Positions 17,801 through 20,486 of a stretch of 20,486 nt of DNA are shown piece by piece (the stretch's first letter is position 1; every line of letters begins with the position of its first letter). The notes beneath the pieces are model-generated. The model was not told the origin of the DNA, searched no databases, and saw nothing but the letters and a program-made list of their open reading frames with translations. The position numbers and the translations under genes are program-made. The stretch is from Bacteriovoracaceae bacterium (GTDB lineage: Bacteria > Bdellovibrionota > Bacteriovoracia > Bacteriovoracales > Bacteriovoracaceae): assembly GCA_041586955.1 (NCBI GenBank), contig JBFGZE010000061.1:1-20486 (forward strand), in the 5' to 3' direction.

Positions 17801-18250
17801 TTAGATACAAGCTCTTTTTACGATTGTAGAAATTGAAGAACCAATTTCTGTCGCTGAAACACCTTCACTTGGGAAGATTGTTTCATAGTTCTTTTGAAGA
17901 GCTGTACGAGCAGCAGTTGTGTTTGTACAACCATACATTTTTACTAAAGAAGTAAGAGTTTTACCTTGGCCACGAGCAATGTCGTTAGCAAGAGCAACTC
18001 TGTTTGCTTCGATGAAAACAGTTTGAGCTTGTCCACCAGCACCATCTAACTCACAGTTAGAAGTACCAGAAGTCATACCAAAAGTTTGGTTACCAGAAGT
18101 ACCATTTGTAGTAGCACCTAAAACTTGATGCATTAAGCTTGAGCCGTCAGTCCAAATAGTTGAACCAAGACCACAACCTTGTGTTTGATAAGAAGCAGCA
18201 AATGCAGAAGCTGAAACAAATACTAATAACGCAGCTAAAATCTTTTTCAT
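17801..18250 (-). CDS. DUF3015 family secreted protein
   Basis: Signal peptide (ASAFA|A), GCGLGS, TTNGTSGNQTFGMTSGTSNC and LANDIARGQG. Strong GGAGG SD. Confidence 0.88.
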   Translation of the reverse strand: MKKILAALLVFVSASAFAASYQTQGCGLGSTIWTDGSSLMHQVLGATTNGTSGNQTFGMTSGTSNCELDGAGGQAQTVFIEANRVALANDIARGQGKTLTSLVKMYGCTNTTAARTALQKNYETIFPSEGVSATEIGSSISTIVKRACI

Positions 18251-18417
18251 AAATTCCTCCGTGAAAAAAAAAGTAATATTCTAATGATTGATAGAAATGA
18301 TATCGAAGAACCGAATATGGAACAATAGGGTATTTAATATTTTTTTAGGATTAAATGCTATAAAGTAAATGGCAATACTCGGGTATTGTGGGAATTTATT
18401 GGAAGAGGAAAAACAAG

Positions 18418-18774
18418 ATGGACATTCATGAATGGCAGAAAAAAATAAAAAAATTTGCGCAAGAAAGAGAGTGGGAGCAATTTCACTCCCCTAAAAACCT
18501 GGCGATGGCCTTAACTGTTGAAGCTTCTGAGCTTTTGGAGATTTTTCAATGGATGAAGGAGGAAGATAGTTTTCAAATTGATGATGAGGTTATTCGCGGT
18601 AGAATTGAGGATGAAGTCGCAGATACCCTAGTATATTTGTTGAGAATTTCTGACATTTTAAATATTGATTTGGATGCTGCTGTATCACAAAAAATGCTTA
18701 AAAACGGACAAAAATATCCTGTCGATCAATGCAAAGGTCGGGCAGATAAGTATTACGATTTAAAGACCAAGTAA
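18418..18774 (+). CDS. MazG-like nucleotide pyrophosphohydrolase (dCTP pyrophosphatase-like)
   Basis: FAQEREWEQFHSPKNLAMALTVEASELLEIFQW, EDEVADTLVYL and KYP. ATG 18418 with GAGG SD preferred over GTG 18388. Confidence 0.92.
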   Translation: MDIHEWQKKIKKFAQEREWEQFHSPKNLAMALTVEASELLEIFQWMKEEDSFQIDDEVIRGRIEDEVADTLVYLLRISDILNIDLDAAVSQKMLKNGQKYPVDQCKGRADKYYDLKTK

Positions 18775-18784
18775 CTCTTTATTT

Positions 18785-18926
18785 AGGCCTTTGTCCTGAA
18801 ACCTAGTAACCCAAATTGGAGAGAGGGCCGCGGGCACTGTGTCTCATTAACAGTTTGGCCGTTAATAGAGAAGTAATATTGAAACAAAGTCGTGTCAATA
18901 ATAATGCCCGGATCGCAATGAGGCCT
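18785..18926 (-). other. Candidate structured RNA or small repeat element between the convergent MazG-like gene and typA
   Basis: Nested stems CGGGCATT/AGTGCCCG, TATTGA-c-ACG/TGT-t-TCAATA and TCTC-t-ATTAACGG/CTGTTAAT-GAGA, flanked by AGGCCT at both ends. Confidence 0.4.
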
Positions 18927-18944
18927 TACTCTAAGTATTATCTA

Positions 18945-20486
18945 TTATTTTCGGACAACACTTCTTTTATTGGACTCTAGTACTCTTTTTCTAATTCTAA
19001 TACTTACTGGAGTGACCTCAACCCATTCATCATTATCAATCCAATCAAGCGCCCATTCAAGGGTTCTCGGTTGAATGGGAGGAAGACTGATATTCACATC
19101 TTTACCTGCAGTACGCATACTACTGAGATGTTTTTCTCTAACGGCGTTGACGTTGGTGTCATTGGTTTTATTATGTTCACCAATAACTTGACCTTCGTAG
19201 CATTGCTCACCTGGTTTTACATATTGTTTACCGTTGGGAAGAAGATTGAAAAGAGCATAAGGAGTCATTTTTCCTGCTCGGTCGGCAATGATCGCACCAT
19301 TATTACGTGCAAGGAGGTCTCCAGCATATGGCCGGTAGCCTAGATACTCTGTAGACATAAGGCCTTCACCTTTTGTGTCAGTCAAAAACTGGCTGCGAAA
19401 GCCAATAAGGCCACGGGAGGGAATGATAAATTCAATCCGTGTTCGACTATCCCCAATTGGGGCCATATTTTCCATGAGGCCTTTACGAGTACTAAGGTTT
19501 TCTGTAATCGCACCTGTAAACTCACTAGGAATATCGATAACTGCCTTTTCAAATGGCTCTGTTTTTTGACCGTTTTCTTCAGAGAAAAGAACTTCTGGCC
19601 GTGAAACCATAAACTCAAAGCCTTTACGGCGTAGTTCTTCAAATATAATGGCCAATTGAAGCTCGCCACGACCCATTAATTTATAAATCTTGGGATCGTC
19701 AGTCGCTTCATATCTTAGGGCCACATTATGGCGGCAAGAATCAAGGAGAAACTCTTCTAGTTTACGACTTGTTAAATAATCACCCTCCCGTCCTGAAAGT
19801 GGAGAGGTGTTAACAGAAACATGTACACCAACCGTTGGCGGATCAACTTCAATCCTTTCGATCGCCTCTGTCACATCACTGGATGCAATGGTATCACCAA
19901 TTTGCCCACCATCAATTCCGGCCAGGATGACAATTTCTCCAGCTTGAGCTTGATCAACTTCTTGGTTTTCTAAAAGGTGATAAGTTTGAATAGAAGAGAC
20001 TTTGAAATTGCGCTCTTTATTATCACGATTGATACATTTAAGCTGCTGGTGCTTTTTAATACTTCCTCTTGCGATACGACCAATAACCAAAGGTCCAAGG
20101 TAGGTAGAGTAACTTAGGTTTGTAATGAGAAGTCGTGCACCTTCGCCTTCTTCAATTTTTGGGTCGGGGAAATAGGATCCTGCAAAGAAGTCTAGAAGAG
20201 GGTGGAGATTTTCCGAGGGGTCATCTAGTTTTTCTTTGGCCCAACCCTCTTTACCGGAGGCATAAAAGATTGGAAAGTCGATATCAAAATCAGTGACATC
20301 CAATTCACTGGCCAATTCCAGGATGAGATCTTCGACCTCTTCGATTACTTCATTAATGCGGCTATCGGGGCGGTCTACTTTATTAATAACTAAGGCAATT
20401 TTGAGATCGCGCTCAAGCGCCTTTTGTAAAACAAAACGAGTTTGCGGTAATGGGCCTTCAGCAGCGTCAACTAAAAGACAAACACC
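18945..20486 (-). CDS. typA: Translational GTPase TypA/BipA, 5' part beyond window edge
   Basis: Frame open to the edge: LLVDAAEGPLPQTRFVL, G4 INKVDRP, VNTSPLSGREG...TSR, GRGELQL, PSRGLIGFR and EVTPVSIRIRK. Confidence 0.97.
   Translation of the reverse strand, partial: GVCLLVDAAEGPLPQTRFVLQKALERDLKIALVINKVDRPDSRINEVIEEVEDLILELASELDVTDFDIDFPIFYASGKEGWAKEKLDDPSENLHPLLDFFAGSYFPDPKIEEGEGARLLITNLSYSTYLGPLVIGRIARGSIKKHQQLKCINRDNKERNFKVSSIQTYHLLENQEVDQAQAGEIVILAGIDGGQIGDTIASSDVTEAIERIEVDPPTVGVHVSVNTSPLSGREGDYLTSRKLEEFLLDSCRHNVALRYEATDDPKIYKLMGRGELQLAIIFEELRRKGFEFMVSRPEVLFSEENGQKTEPFEKAVIDIPSEFTGAITENLSTRKGLMENMAPIGDSRTRIEFIIPSRGLIGFRSQFLTDTKGEGLMSTEYLGYRPYAGDLLARNNGAIIADRAGKMTPYALFNLLPNGKQYVKPGEQCYEGQVIGEHNKTNDTNVNAVREKHLSSMRTAGKDVNISLPPIQPRTLEWALDWIDNDEWVEVTPVSIRIRKRVLESNKRSVVRK

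Noticed and set aside
8351..18938. Shared 12-mers (TACTCTAAGTAT at 8351 and 18927; ATTGACACGACT at 10152 and its reverse complement at 18888)
   Set aside because: Several 12-mer matches are expected by chance in 20 kb of AT-rich DNA, and the flanks do not extend.
18783..18941. Open frame continuing after typA (IILRVRPHCDPG...RTKA*) as a readthrough extension or small gene
   Set aside because: typA ends in tandem TAA TAG at the normal C-terminus, and the downstream frame has no convincing start codon or SD.
55..19669. Short antisense or alternate-frame ORFs in the track (e.g. 55-330, 3944-4294, 4565-4906, 9760-9963, 12159-12398, 19071-19343, 19382-19669)
   Set aside because: They are shadows of well-supported genes, with no recognisable motifs.

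Overview
AT-rich bacterial chromosomal window. Gene content and style suggest Bdellovibrionota (Bacteriovoracaceae-like); this is an inference. Left to right: the end of an oligopeptide/dipeptide ABC ATPase pair (OppD/OppF-like); a degenerate HD-GYP gene coupled to a 1006-aa acidic-repeat/coiled-coil protein; tRNA-Leu(UAG) with terminator; a partly decaying ~6.3 kb stress-type islet (RimB-like protease, RimK fused to RCK_C, M14 deacylase, small acidic secreted protein, YfdX, and nonsense-interrupted NhaR-like LysR and MscS genes); an unannotated 41-aa membrane ORF; an FMN-binding glutamate synthase family gene; an HI0933 flavoprotein; a stand-alone murG; a DUF3015-DUF4105 pair; a MazG-like pyrophosphatase; and typA (truncated). 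Best leads: (1) the DUF3015/DUF4105 pair, where a terminator-like hairpin contains the DUF4105 start codon; (2) the RimB/RimK-RCK_C/deacylase module; (3) the degenerate HD-GYP plus repeat scaffold; (4) a three-way-junction RNA-like element after typA; (5) about 5-fold GGCC over-representation by hand count. No integrase, transposase or CRISPR array was seen. All family calls come from motif recognition by eye, not from database searches.
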